A DNA stretch of 64,000 bases from an uncultured Poribacteria bacterium. Its GTDB lineage: Bacteria; Poribacteria; WGA-4E; WGA-3G. Positions 40,652 to 50,002 of the stretch are shown here, in pieces. Location: positions 2,304,001 to 2,368,000 of the forward strand of contig CATQHZ020000001.1 in NCBI GenBank assembly GCA_958296135.2. The letters run 5' to 3'. The notes below the pieces were generated by a model. That model did no database searches, had not been told where the DNA came from, and saw only the letters and a program-made list of their open reading frames with translations. The position numbers were made by a program, and so were the translations under genes. How positions within the stretch are numbered: the first letter of the stretch is position 1; each line of letters opens with the position of its first letter.

Positions 40652-42646
40652 CTAACTCGCCCGGTAGACTTTAACGATTTCCGAGATAACACGCCCCCGG
40701 TTCTTCCAATTCATACGCGCCGGCGGAATGAGATAGATACCATCAATTGGAATCCTATCCTGCTTCCGAATCTCCTGCACCAAATCCAGCGTTAACTTCA
40801 TGCCGAGTTCCTGCCCTGCTGTATCGCCGAGGTCGCGGAATTTATCAACGATAATCTGTGGGATGTAAAGCCCCAGATTGTCGCGTAGATAGGAGGCACT
40901 GCGAAAACTGGTGAGGGGGAGAACGCCGTAAAGGATTTTGATGCCGAGGTGTGCTGTCGCTTTTTGCGCACGCGCGATGTCTTCAAACGTCCAGACAGGT
41001 TGCGTATAGGCGAACTTCGCGCCATGCGCCACCTTACTCGTCAAATGCTTGACATGCGGGCTCAGATTCTCCGCAATCGTAAATCCGCCGCCGTAGTAAA
41101 ACGCGCACGGCTCGCCGATTGAGGAACCGTCTGAGAGTTCGCCGCGGTTTAACCGGGCGATGAGTCTCATCAGTTGCACCGCGCCGCGCACGTCAGGCAC
41201 AAGACTCGCCGTCTCATAAGGCCCCACTTTCGGATGATCGCCGGACAGAGCGACGATACCGCGGATACCGAGTGCTTCCGCCTCTAACAGATGTGACTGC
41301 ATGCTGATGAGGTTGCGCGAGCGCGTCGTCCAATGGATGAGCGTCGGAATCTGCGTCGCCTGCTGAAGCCGATACGCCGTGCCTACCGCGCCGATATTCA
41401 CTACCGCACCAGAATTATCTGTCACATCAAACAGATCTACGCCGATAGCGGACAGTGTTTTCGCCGCTCTTAGCAAGGCACGCAATTGTGGGAACGTATT
41501 CGCGCGCATCTCCACACTGACGATGCGTTCGCGCGTCTCAAATACCTGCTGGACAGGGTTCTCAATTTTTTCATACTGGCGCAAAGCGTTCGGTGAACGT
41601 CTCTGACGGTGTGAGGGTTTTCGTCGTAATCCATCATCGACGTTGTCAATGACTACGTTTTTTGCGCGATACAAAAAACTGGGGGGTTTCGGTAGAACAA
41701 AAATGCGCGTCTCCCGTTCAACAGGTGCCTGTCGCGCAACAACCTGCCGAATTTTGGCGGTGTATTCAGGCGTTGTACCGCAACAACCGCCGATCATGTT
41801 CGCGCCAAGTTCTACCAATTTGCGCACGTAGTCGCTGAAAATCTCCGCATCGACGGTGTAGGAGAGCGCAATCTCTCCTTGTTCCACCCTCGGATTGCCG
41901 GCGTTCGGTTGCACAACGAGCGGCACCTTAATGACAGGCGCGAGGAGCTCCATCGCCTCAACCAGATCATGCGGTCCCCGGCAATTGATACCAACCGCAT
42001 GCACGCCGAGCTGCTCCAATTCCTGCGCGAAGACGCGCACATCAACACCCGCGCCAACGGTGCCTCCCGAAATTCCGCTAATTTCAGCGATGACCGGCAC
42101 GTCATAAGTGAGAGCCTGCTGCGTCGCGATTTCCGCCTGCTTCGGCGAGACGAACGTCTCCAATAAAAGCAAATCCGCACCTGCATCAACAAGAGCATCC
42201 ATCTGCTCTTTGAAAAGTCGGCGAATCGCCTTGGTAGCAGGTTCAGGCTGCGCGTGGAAAGACAGCGGCCCCACAGAACCCGCCACATAGCAGGTTTCCC
42301 CCGCGACACCGCGCGCAAGCTGCACACCAGCGCGATTGATTGCCGCAACTTGTTCCGCCAAGCCGTGGTGTGCCAACGCTTCTCTATTCGCTTGATAGGT
42401 ATTCGTCTGGATGACATCCGCACCCGCGCCACAATAGGCGAGGTGGATTGCCGTTACGATAGGCGCGTAAGCGTCATCAATGTTGCAGGCATCGAGGCAC
42501 TGCAGATGCGCGGGGATCCGTTTCCGGAGTTCCGTTCCGATGGCACCGTCGCACACCAGAATTTGACGCGAGAGAGCCGCCAGAAAATCGGTTTTGGGGA
42601 GTGAAGCGGGGTTTTTCGTCGTTTGCAATGCGTTATTTTGTCTCAT
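40652..42646 (-). CDS. Bifunctional homocysteine S-methyltransferase / methylenetetrahydrofolate reductase (YitJ-like)
   Basis: DGAIGT, GADVIQTNT, GINC, PNAG, IGGCCGTTP; MTHFR-like DVTDN, ALSGD, YTQP. Start uncertain. Confidence 0.85.
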   Translation of the reverse strand: MRQNNALQTTKNPASLPKTDFLAALSRQILVCDGAIGTELRKRIPAHLQCLDACNIDDAYAPIVTAIHLAYCGAGADVIQTNTYQANREALAHHGLAEQVAAINRAGVQLARGVAGETCYVAGSVGPLSFHAQPEPATKAIRRLFKEQMDALVDAGADLLLLETFVSPKQAEIATQQALTYDVPVIAEISGISGGTVGAGVDVRVFAQELEQLGVHAVGINCRGPHDLVEAMELLAPVIKVPLVVQPNAGNPRVEQGEIALSYTVDAEIFSDYVRKLVELGANMIGGCCGTTPEYTAKIRQVVARQAPVERETRIFVLPKPPSFLYRAKNVVIDNVDDGLRRKPSHRQRRSPNALRQYEKIENPVQQVFETRERIVSVEMRANTFPQLRALLRAAKTLSAIGVDLFDVTDNSGAVVNIGAVGTAYRLQQATQIPTLIHWTTRSRNLISMQSHLLEAEALGIRGIVALSGDHPKVGPYETASLVPDVRGAVQLMRLIARLNRGELSDGSSIGEPCAFYYGGGFTIAENLSPHVKHLTSKVAHGAKFAYTQPVWTFEDIARAQKATAHLGIKILYGVLPLTSFRSASYLRDNLGLYIPQIIVDKFRDLGDTAGQELGMKLTLDLVQEIRKQDRIPIDGIYLIPPARMNWKNRGRVISEIVKVYRAS

Positions 42647-42810
42647 TGGTGTTGTCCAACCGACGCAGCTGGTATCGCGCTTTGCGCCATACAAACATTT
42701 TTCGGTGGGACATTTGCCGCTAGGCGCGCTTGGATGAAGATTCAGAAAATTTTGCCCGATGGAAACGGGCGGATATTTAACCATATCCGCCCTTACAGGC
42801 GAGGGCCACA

Positions 42811-44424
42811 TTATTTGATCTGTTCCCCCGCGCTTTCAGTCGGAACATAGTAATAGCCGAAGATGATGCACATCTCATCCTCGGACGAAAGCCCGAATCG
42901 GAGCGGCACCTCCGTGTCGTAGTTGTTATGCGTGCAACGGAACGTGAGCCCATCGTCTGATTCCAAAACGACACGCGGGTCATACAGCGTAATTGGCGCA
43001 TCGTCATACGCGACACTCCGATGCAACAACTCGCCGGTGGACATCTGATTAATCTCAAACAACTCGCCGTGCCGATGCATGTGCGATGTCAGCAAGAAGA
43101 CATTCACCGCGGTATTCTGCGCGTGCCCGCGGCGTTCTAACTCATCTTCAATATACCAATCCATTTTGGCAACGCGCGTTGCGCCGGGCGGCACGTTAAT
43201 CTCCCGGTTCGATACGAAAATCTCAACCGCCTCGTAGCGCACCTCTTCCTCCGGAATCGTCCAGAGGTTGACGTAAGTTTCACCGTGCAGCTCGCCAGAG
43301 CCAAGCAGATTGATGTAGTGCGAGTTCAGATCATAGACAGTATCACCGGGGAGCCGGAGTGCCACACCGTCAGGGAAGCCAAAGACGGTATCATCGGTTT
43401 GCGTGCCGACGACGAAAAGCCGGTCAATCCCGAAATTGCCGAGTGCCTGCGGGTCCGCCGTGTCAAGCTCCCGGAAGGTATCAGCGGGATTCACACCGAT
43501 GCCGGGGGCTACCCCGATACTTGGAATACCGTTTCCGATTCCTTCCTCTGTCAGCCGATACAAGATGAAGTGATGGCTGCCGGCGGGGTAGAAAATCTCA
43601 ACTTTATTAATAAAGATGTCACCTTCCACCGGTTGTCCATTCTCATCTCGGATTTGCGTTGCATAGAAAACCTCGCGTTCGGTGCCAGGTTCAATTTTAA
43701 AGGGCGGCAAATAGAGCTGGTATCCCTGTCCCGGTGGCGGCGGTGGGGGAACCTCAAACGTTTCCGCCGGGTCGCGGAGGACAGAAAGATCGCCGATGCC
43801 TGCGAGTTGTGCATCTTCAGACGCGCCTGCTTCTATCCATTTGCGAATTGCCTCTATCTTCGCTTCATGGATAGAACCGGCGTTGAAGGGCATCTTCGCG
43901 CCGAAGGCAGGATTTGCCGGGCCCATTAGTTTCGTCAGAAGAAAACTGTTAGCAGGGTTCCCGGGCTCTACCAACTTCATGCCGGCCGCTGCCGCGGCGG
44001 GGTTCTGCGGTGTTCGTCCGACGAGGGATTGATAAGAGAGCCCGTAGGTGAGATTTAAATTGGCGGAATTCGCGGGAGCAGCATGACACACGCTGTTGGC
44101 GCAACTCTTATCAAAGACGTAATCCTGAATGTCGTGATACGTCGAATTGTCGGCTTCGCCGGTCTCGCCGAAACTACTGCTGACGCGCACCAGATCGAGG
44201 ACGTTGATGATTCCATCGCGATTCACATCCGGGTTCGTCGCGGCGTTCCGGTCGGCAGTTTGGCCAAAGGAACCTGCGATAAGCACCAAGTCTTGGATGT
44301 TGACGACACCATCTTTATTGACATCTTCTAGCAGCGTGGAAGCATCGCCGTGCCCGAACGCCGAGAAGGAAATGCTTCCCGCTAACAAAATCATGAACGC
44401 GAAGCAAACAAATTGTTTGAACAT
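42811..44424 (-). CDS. Secreted dockerin + putative cytochrome c-like + copper type II (PHM/DBH-like) monooxygenase
   Basis: DVNKDG/DVNRDG dockerin; CANSVCH...MP...IRKWIEAGA; SHHFIL, NSHY, SHMHRHG, SEDEMC. Confidence 0.75.
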   Translation of the reverse strand: MFKQFVCFAFMILLAGSISFSAFGHGDASTLLEDVNKDGVVNIQDLVLIAGSFGQTADRNAATNPDVNRDGIINVLDLVRVSSSFGETGEADNSTYHDIQDYVFDKSCANSVCHAAPANSANLNLTYGLSYQSLVGRTPQNPAAAAAGMKLVEPGNPANSFLLTKLMGPANPAFGAKMPFNAGSIHEAKIEAIRKWIEAGASEDAQLAGIGDLSVLRDPAETFEVPPPPPPGQGYQLYLPPFKIEPGTEREVFYATQIRDENGQPVEGDIFINKVEIFYPAGSHHFILYRLTEEGIGNGIPSIGVAPGIGVNPADTFRELDTADPQALGNFGIDRLFVVGTQTDDTVFGFPDGVALRLPGDTVYDLNSHYINLLGSGELHGETYVNLWTIPEEEVRYEAVEIFVSNREINVPPGATRVAKMDWYIEDELERRGHAQNTAVNVFLLTSHMHRHGELFEINQMSTGELLHRSVAYDDAPITLYDPRVVLESDDGLTFRCTHNNYDTEVPLRFGLSSEDEMCIIFGYYYVPTESAGEQIK

Positions 44425-44510
44425 TATTGAGTAAACCTCCAAATTTTTGGATTGTAGGACTTCTACCAAATGAATCACTGTAGTTCGGGCTCGCCCGAGC
44501 CCAAACCTGA

Positions 44511-45263
44511 TTAAGCATCTTTTTTGAAAACCTTCGTTTTTGAAATGAACCGATACTTCAAGAGTGTCCACGCCGCAAACAAGCCGTCAGACCAGAAGCG
44601 GAGTTTCTTTCCCTCTTTTTTCGTCCGTGGAAAATAGGATACCGGCACTTCGTGGATGCGATACCCAGCGCGCAGCACCTTCGCCGTGACTTCCGGACAA
44701 AACTCAAACCCTTCACACGTCAAATTGAGCCCCGTTATCAACGCAGCAGAAAACGCTTTGTAGCCGGTGGACTCATCGGTGATGCGGCACCCATAGAGAA
44801 AGCGCGTCCAACCCGCAAGGAGCCAGTTCGCCGTGAAGTTCAGCCAACTCGCGTTACCCCTGCCGTTAAGAAACCGTGAACCGTAGACGACATGGACATC
44901 GGGCCCCGAGGTAACTCCTACTGTTGGAACAGGAATGTCCCTCCTACTGAACAGAGGCTCAACAAGAGTCAGTAGCTCATCGGGGCACAACTCCAAGTCC
45001 GCGTCTTGGATGACGACAGCATCGCCTTCGACATGCGCCAACCCGGTCCGAATTGCAAACCCCTTGCCGCGGTTCCCGTCGTAATGAACAACGGTGAGTG
45101 CCGCTCCTTTCCGCAACTCCTCAAGCACCGCTTGCGTGCCATCCGTTGAACCGTCGTTGACGACGATAATCTGCGTGTCAAGCGGCAACGCCTGCACGGC
45201 ATCCACGACTTGGCGAATCGTTCGCGCTTCGTTAAATGCAGGGATGATTACGGAGATTCGCAT
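44511..45263 (-). CDS. Glycosyltransferase family 2 (DPM1/ArnC-like)
   Basis: SVIIPAFNE, VNDGSTDGT, NRGKG, IQDADLE, VYGSRF. Confidence 0.92.
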   Translation of the reverse strand: MRISVIIPAFNEARTIRQVVDAVQALPLDTQIIVVNDGSTDGTQAVLEELRKGAALTVVHYDGNRGKGFAIRTGLAHVEGDAVVIQDADLELCPDELLTLVEPLFSRRDIPVPTVGVTSGPDVHVVYGSRFLNGRGNASWLNFTANWLLAGWTRFLYGCRITDESTGYKAFSAALITGLNLTCEGFEFCPEVTAKVLRAGYRIHEVPVSYFPRTKKEGKKLRFWSDGLFAAWTLLKYRFISKTKVFKKDA

Positions 45264-45378
45264 CGTTTTTTCTGTTGTTCGCAAGACGGCCGATAGAGGG
45301 CTTCTGTGCAAGAGAGTCTGTTTCCGTATTCCGATATCGACGTTGTCAATATCTCGGATTTTCTTTGAGTCATTGCTA

Positions 45379-46170
45379 CTACAGCAACGCCTTCACCATG
45401 CCGCCATCCACCTGAATCGTTGTCCCGGTGATATAACTGGCGCGTTCCGATGCAAGAAACACGACGAGGTTCGCAAACTCAGCGGGCTCGCCGATTCTGC
45501 CGAGAGGGATATCCGCTGTCATTTTCTCCAGTGCCTCCTCAAACGTGATGCCCGCCTCTTCCGCGCGCACCGTCGCGAGCTGCTGGATGCGAGCCGTGAA
45601 AATAATACCGGGACAGACATTGTTCACCAGGATGTTATCCGGTGCCAATTCCGTCGCCAGCGTTTTCGCAAACCCGATAACTCCAGTACGTGCCATATTT
45701 GACAGCATGAGGCCGTCCACCGGTTGCTTCACCGAGACAGAGGTGAGGTTGATAATTCTGCCACCGCCGCGCGCCTGCATCATCGGCACAGCGGCGCGAC
45801 AGAGGTTTATCGTGCTCATCAGGTTGAGCTGCACCGCAGTCTGGTAATCTTCAGCGGCGAGCACCGCGAACCGGCCCGCGCGCGGGCCACCAGCATTATT
45901 AACCAAAATATCAATACCGCCGAAGTGCGAGACTGCCGCGTCAATGAGTGCCTTAACCTGTTCAGGCTGACTGACATCGGTAGGCACGGCGAGGACTTCG
46001 CCGCCGGTCTGCTGTCGAATGTCGTCCGCGGTTGCGTCAAGGGCCTCGCTATTTCTGGCACAGATGGTGACTTTCGCGCCTTCCTGCGCCAATCCGAGCG
46101 CGATGGCACGCCCAAGTCCTTGGCTTGACGCGCCTACCACCGCAATTTTGTCCGTGAGTCCAAGATTCAT
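45379..46170 (-). CDS. SDR family oxidoreductase
   Basis: GASSQGLG, DILVNNAGGP, LSNMAR, IPLGRIG, YITGTTIQVDGG. Confidence 0.92.
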   Translation of the reverse strand: MNLGLTDKIAVVGASSQGLGRAIALGLAQEGAKVTICARNSEALDATADDIRQQTGGEVLAVPTDVSQPEQVKALIDAAVSHFGGIDILVNNAGGPRAGRFAVLAAEDYQTAVQLNLMSTINLCRAAVPMMQARGGGRIINLTSVSVKQPVDGLMLSNMARTGVIGFAKTLATELAPDNILVNNVCPGIIFTARIQQLATVRAEEAGITFEEALEKMTADIPLGRIGEPAEFANLVVFLASERASYITGTTIQVDGGMVKALL

Positions 46171-46326
46171 GGGTTTCTATCCTTCGGGCGGATATAGAAA
46201 TCCACCCTGACACTAGTGTAACATTTTCTCGGGGCAATGTCAAGGTTTTTTCAAAACAATTTCGTTCTCCTTGTTTGCGGCTGTGAGGGCAGATATAGAA
46301 ATTCACCCTGACACTCTAGCCCCGCG

Positions 46327-48834
46327 CTATTTTCTGACGAACATCTTCCCCGTAGCGGTAAAATTCCCGGTGGATAACGTGTAAAAGTAGAGTCCACTCG
46401 CCACCGGCTCACCCATCTCGTTGCAGCCATCCCAATAGGCGGCGCGCGCCCGCGTCTGATAAACACCCGCAGCCCGATACCCCAACTCTAACCGCCGCAC
46501 CTGCCGCCCACGCGCATCATAAATCGTGAACGTAACCTCGGCATCCGCAGCCAATTGATACGGAAGCCATGTCTCCGGATTAAACGGGTTGGGATAGTTA
46601 GGGAGCAGTGCTGTCTGTACCGGGCGCAAAGTTGCCAAGAGTGTCTCAAGCATCGCAATTCCCTTTTGAACAGTTGCATCTCTATCGGCGCGGTGCATCG
46701 CCTGCTCGAGCCACTTTTGAACGTCATCAGCAAGTTGTGCAGTTTGCGCCGGCGCAGCACCAATACCAGCCTGCAGTTCACTCGCCACCAACACCAGATC
46801 GGTAATATCCACGATGCCATCGCTGTTCACATCAGGATTCGGATGGGCCCCGGCCCCCATCGATTTGCCAAAATTCGATGCAACTAACACCAAATCTGCA
46901 ACGTTCACCGTCCCATCGCCGTTGACATCTAACGGATTTTGGGCAATGAGCGAATCATCGGCACGGAGCGTCCAATCCTGACGCGTGATATTGCCGTTGA
47001 CATCAATCACTTGCAACCTGATATCGTTGACTCGGCGCGCCGTTAAGGCAGAATCGATGTGAAACGCAACGATACCGGTTTCTCCGCGCAACCGCTGACA
47101 ACTGTGCAATTTGATGCCGGATCCCGGGTCTTGGCGTGTCGTGGGTATCAACAATTGCGCTTGATGGAGTCCATCGGCATCCGCTATCTCAAACTGGAGC
47201 GTGAAGTTTCTGGCGTTGGGTGGATACCGCTGTTGTGAAAGCATCTGAAGCGTTGTTAGTTCATTGAAAGCCGGCTGCTCAGCGTTAAAGAAACGGCTGG
47301 CCCCCAACCATTCAGCGGCACATCTTGATAGCTGGTTCGGCGCGATGCCGTAGGACATGATGTGGGCATCGCTGCGGAAGTCGTGTTCCAATCCAAAGGC
47401 GTGCCCCAGTTCGTGCGCCGCTACCTGAACGTTATCAAAACAGTCGCCAGAAGCAGGAATGACTGCCCAGCCGCTGGTTTCTCGCTGATACGTTTCCCTC
47501 TCAAACCATCGGCCGCCGCCTACCCCACACGTATTTTCGTCGTCAATGACTTGGCTGCTAATATCAACAGCGACGAGATAGACGTTGTTTGACATGTCAA
47601 ACTGCTCCGCGACCTCCTCCATCACTTTCTCAGACGTTTGGGTATGATAATACCGGTCGCGGAATTTCCCATCCACCTGATAGACCAGGGTTTCTCCTGC
47701 CGCATCGGTTTCAAAAGTGAAGGTTTTCCTACCGAACCCGTGTCTTCGCATCTCGGCGGCGTAAAATTGCTGCACCTCTCTGATGAGCGTATCTAATTTT
47801 GCCCACATATTCGGTTGGCCAGAACGGCCCTGAGGGAGGAAGTAAATCAGCCGAACGATGTCTCGTTCAGCCACTTGCCCAGTATTCAGATACGACGCGA
47901 TGTCCCAAAAGCGGAGCGTCCTGTCTTCACCGCCGCTGACAAGCGTCATTCTGTCGCTGGAAAAAGCGAGCGCGTTTACCCAACCACTATGTCCTTGGAG
48001 TTCAACGAGTTGCGCACCGCTATCCACGTCCCAGAGGTGGACTACCTCAGCACCGGCACTCGCCAGCGTCTTTCCATCGTCGGAGAACGCAATATCCTTC
48101 ACCGTCCCAATATGTGTGCGGAGGGTGCCACGGAGCTTCCATCCCGCAACATCCCACAACTTGATTTCGCCATGATACCCCGCGCTCGCGAGGCGTTGAT
48201 TGTCCGGTGAAAACTTAACAGAGAAAACTCCCGCTGTATCGCCTTCCAGCGTGGCGATAACTCGCTTCCGTTGAACATGCCAAATTTTCACGGAGCCGTC
48301 TTCGTATCCAACAGCAAGTTGCTCCCCATTGGGCGAAAAGTCAACTGCGAACGCCCATTTCCCATGTCTGAGCGTGGCTATCTCTTGCCGATTTTGGACA
48401 TGCCATAGTTTCACATGCATGCCGGCACTCGCGAGCACCTGCCGGTCGGACGAAAAGGCAACCGCCTTGATTTGCGAGCGCGCCCGGTCGGTGATATGTT
48501 CAAGCGTTGCGGTTTCCCGGCTTTGGCGAACGTTCCACAATCTGAGCGTGTAGTCGTCACTGCCGCTGGCGAGTAGCCGTCCATCGGGCGAAAATGCCAC
48601 GGCGTTGACAATATCGGTGTGGCCCCGCAGCGTTGTAACAGTATCCTCGCGCAAATGCCACAGCTTAACAGTGTTGTCCTCCCCGCCACTCGCGACGAGT
48701 GCGGCATTCACCGGCGAGAAGGCGGTAGTACGAATGCTACCCTCGCTCTCAAAATAGGTATGCTCTTGCGCGAAGGCAATCTGTGAAAGACACAATAGCA
48801 TCGCTAGTGTGATAAAGAGGTGTTTGCATAGCAT
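46327..48834 (-). CDS. Secreted WD40 + zinc metallopeptidase + dockerin + T9SS-CTD-like protein
   Basis: Signal peptide; ~7 WD40 (GH...FSPDG..LASG.D.T..LW); HELGHAFGLEH + Met-turn HIMSY; DVNGDG; LLPNYPNPFNPETW. Confidence 0.85.
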   Translation of the reverse strand: MLCKHLFITLAMLLCLSQIAFAQEHTYFESEGSIRTTAFSPVNAALVASGGEDNTVKLWHLREDTVTTLRGHTDIVNAVAFSPDGRLLASGSDDYTLRLWNVRQSRETATLEHITDRARSQIKAVAFSSDRQVLASAGMHVKLWHVQNRQEIATLRHGKWAFAVDFSPNGEQLAVGYEDGSVKIWHVQRKRVIATLEGDTAGVFSVKFSPDNQRLASAGYHGEIKLWDVAGWKLRGTLRTHIGTVKDIAFSDDGKTLASAGAEVVHLWDVDSGAQLVELQGHSGWVNALAFSSDRMTLVSGGEDRTLRFWDIASYLNTGQVAERDIVRLIYFLPQGRSGQPNMWAKLDTLIREVQQFYAAEMRRHGFGRKTFTFETDAAGETLVYQVDGKFRDRYYHTQTSEKVMEEVAEQFDMSNNVYLVAVDISSQVIDDENTCGVGGGRWFERETYQRETSGWAVIPASGDCFDNVQVAAHELGHAFGLEHDFRSDAHIMSYGIAPNQLSRCAAEWLGASRFFNAEQPAFNELTTLQMLSQQRYPPNARNFTLQFEIADADGLHQAQLLIPTTRQDPGSGIKLHSCQRLRGETGIVAFHIDSALTARRVNDIRLQVIDVNGNITRQDWTLRADDSLIAQNPLDVNGDGTVNVADLVLVASNFGKSMGAGAHPNPDVNSDGIVDITDLVLVASELQAGIGAAPAQTAQLADDVQKWLEQAMHRADRDATVQKGIAMLETLLATLRPVQTALLPNYPNPFNPETWLPYQLAADAEVTFTIYDARGRQVRRLELGYRAAGVYQTRARAAYWDGCNEMGEPVASGLYFYTLSTGNFTATGKMFVRK

Positions 48835-48928
48835 TAGCAATTCCTTTCGTTGTGCGTGAGAGTTCGCGAGGGACAGGTTTTCCCTAGTGCTACGGACCGC
48901 GGGGGTTTTAGCACGAAGGGCTTGACAT

Positions 48929-49960
48929 TCAAAAGTCCAGAGAAACCCGCAATTCCTCGGCGCAAGCCCGAATCTGCCGATAGAGGGTATCCGGTATCTC
49001 GATGCCGTTTTCCCACCTCTGTGCACGGGAGCGCGCCTCAAAGTCACCCGGTACCAAGACTTCGTCAAACCCTGGGGCAGGCGGTGTCGCTTTGACGACA
49101 TCTAAAAACGCGCGCACGCCGCTCTGATATTCAGCCAGCGGCGTGAAGGCATTGACATCGATAACCTGCATAGTGAGCCCCCCTATCTGTCCGGCGTTGG
49201 GATTAAACGTTCCGCCTAATCCACCGAGCAGGGCGACGAAAAGGGAGAGCGCGTAGCCTTTGTGTTTGCCAAAGGCGAGCAGGTGTCCGCCATCCTTGTA
49301 TTCGGCAACTTTGACGGTGGGATTGCCGTGTTTGTCAACAACGCACCCCGGGGGCAGCGCGCGATTTTCGCTGTCCGCGACGTAGGTTTTGCCGTTTGCA
49401 ATCATGCTCGTTGCGAAATCCAAGAGGAACGGGCTGTCATCGCCAGTAGGAACCCCGATAGCGATAGGGTTGGTACCGAGTGCCCCTTCTGCGCCGCCGA
49501 AGGGGAGAATGCGTCCGCCGCCCTTCGCGCCACCACCGACGGTGATAATACCGATACACCCCGCAGCGGCGGCTTCTTCGGCGTATTCACCAACCCGGCC
49601 GATATGTCCCGTCCGAGTGAGCGTTGCGAAACTGTTCCGCGTCTGCTTCGCTTTCTCAATAACGCGCCGAATTGTCCAGCGCGCGGTATAGTGTCCGAAG
49701 CCGCCCTGGCCATCAACGTGCAGCGTATTCTCGGTTTCCCGTAGCACCTTTGGTTCCGCCGCTGGTACAATGCCGCCGCTCTTAATGCCTTCCAGGTAGG
49801 CAGGGATGCGTAGCACGCCGTGGGAATCGTGCCCGGCGAGGTTCGCCTTGATAAGAATCTCGGCGACATCCTCAGCAATGTGCTGCGGCGTGCCTGCCGC
49901 GATGAATACATTCCGAGTGAATGCCTGTAGGTGCGTGGCTTCCACTATGTGCCTTTTCAC
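48929..49960 (-). CDS. Ldh_2 (malate/L-lactate dehydrogenase type 2) family oxidoreductase
   Basis: GHDSHG, DG..GFG, HIGR, GTNPI, DFATS, HKGYAL. Confidence 0.9.
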   Translation of the reverse strand: MKRHIVEATHLQAFTRNVFIAAGTPQHIAEDVAEILIKANLAGHDSHGVLRIPAYLEGIKSGGIVPAAEPKVLRETENTLHVDGQGGFGHYTARWTIRRVIEKAKQTRNSFATLTRTGHIGRVGEYAEEAAAAGCIGIITVGGGAKGGGRILPFGGAEGALGTNPIAIGVPTGDDSPFLLDFATSMIANGKTYVADSENRALPPGCVVDKHGNPTVKVAEYKDGGHLLAFGKHKGYALSLFVALLGGLGGTFNPNAGQIGGLTMQVIDVNAFTPLAEYQSGVRAFLDVVKATPPAPGFDEVLVPGDFEARSRAQRWENGIEIPDTLYRQIRACAEELRVSLDF

Positions 49961-50002
49961 GATGGGTGTCTCCTTCGCGCTGCCAAAGCGTGCCTACTGG
50001 CA

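Noticed and set aside
42647-42810. SAM riboswitch upstream of the YitJ-like gene
   Set aside because: No SAM-I consensus recognisable; the hairpin present is a REP-like palindrome. An Rfam scan would settle it.
46186-46315. 29-bp direct repeat as att sites or target duplication
   Set aside because: Matches the GGGCGGATAT...ATCCGCCC REP-like family seen elsewhere and flanks only a promoter-like sequence.
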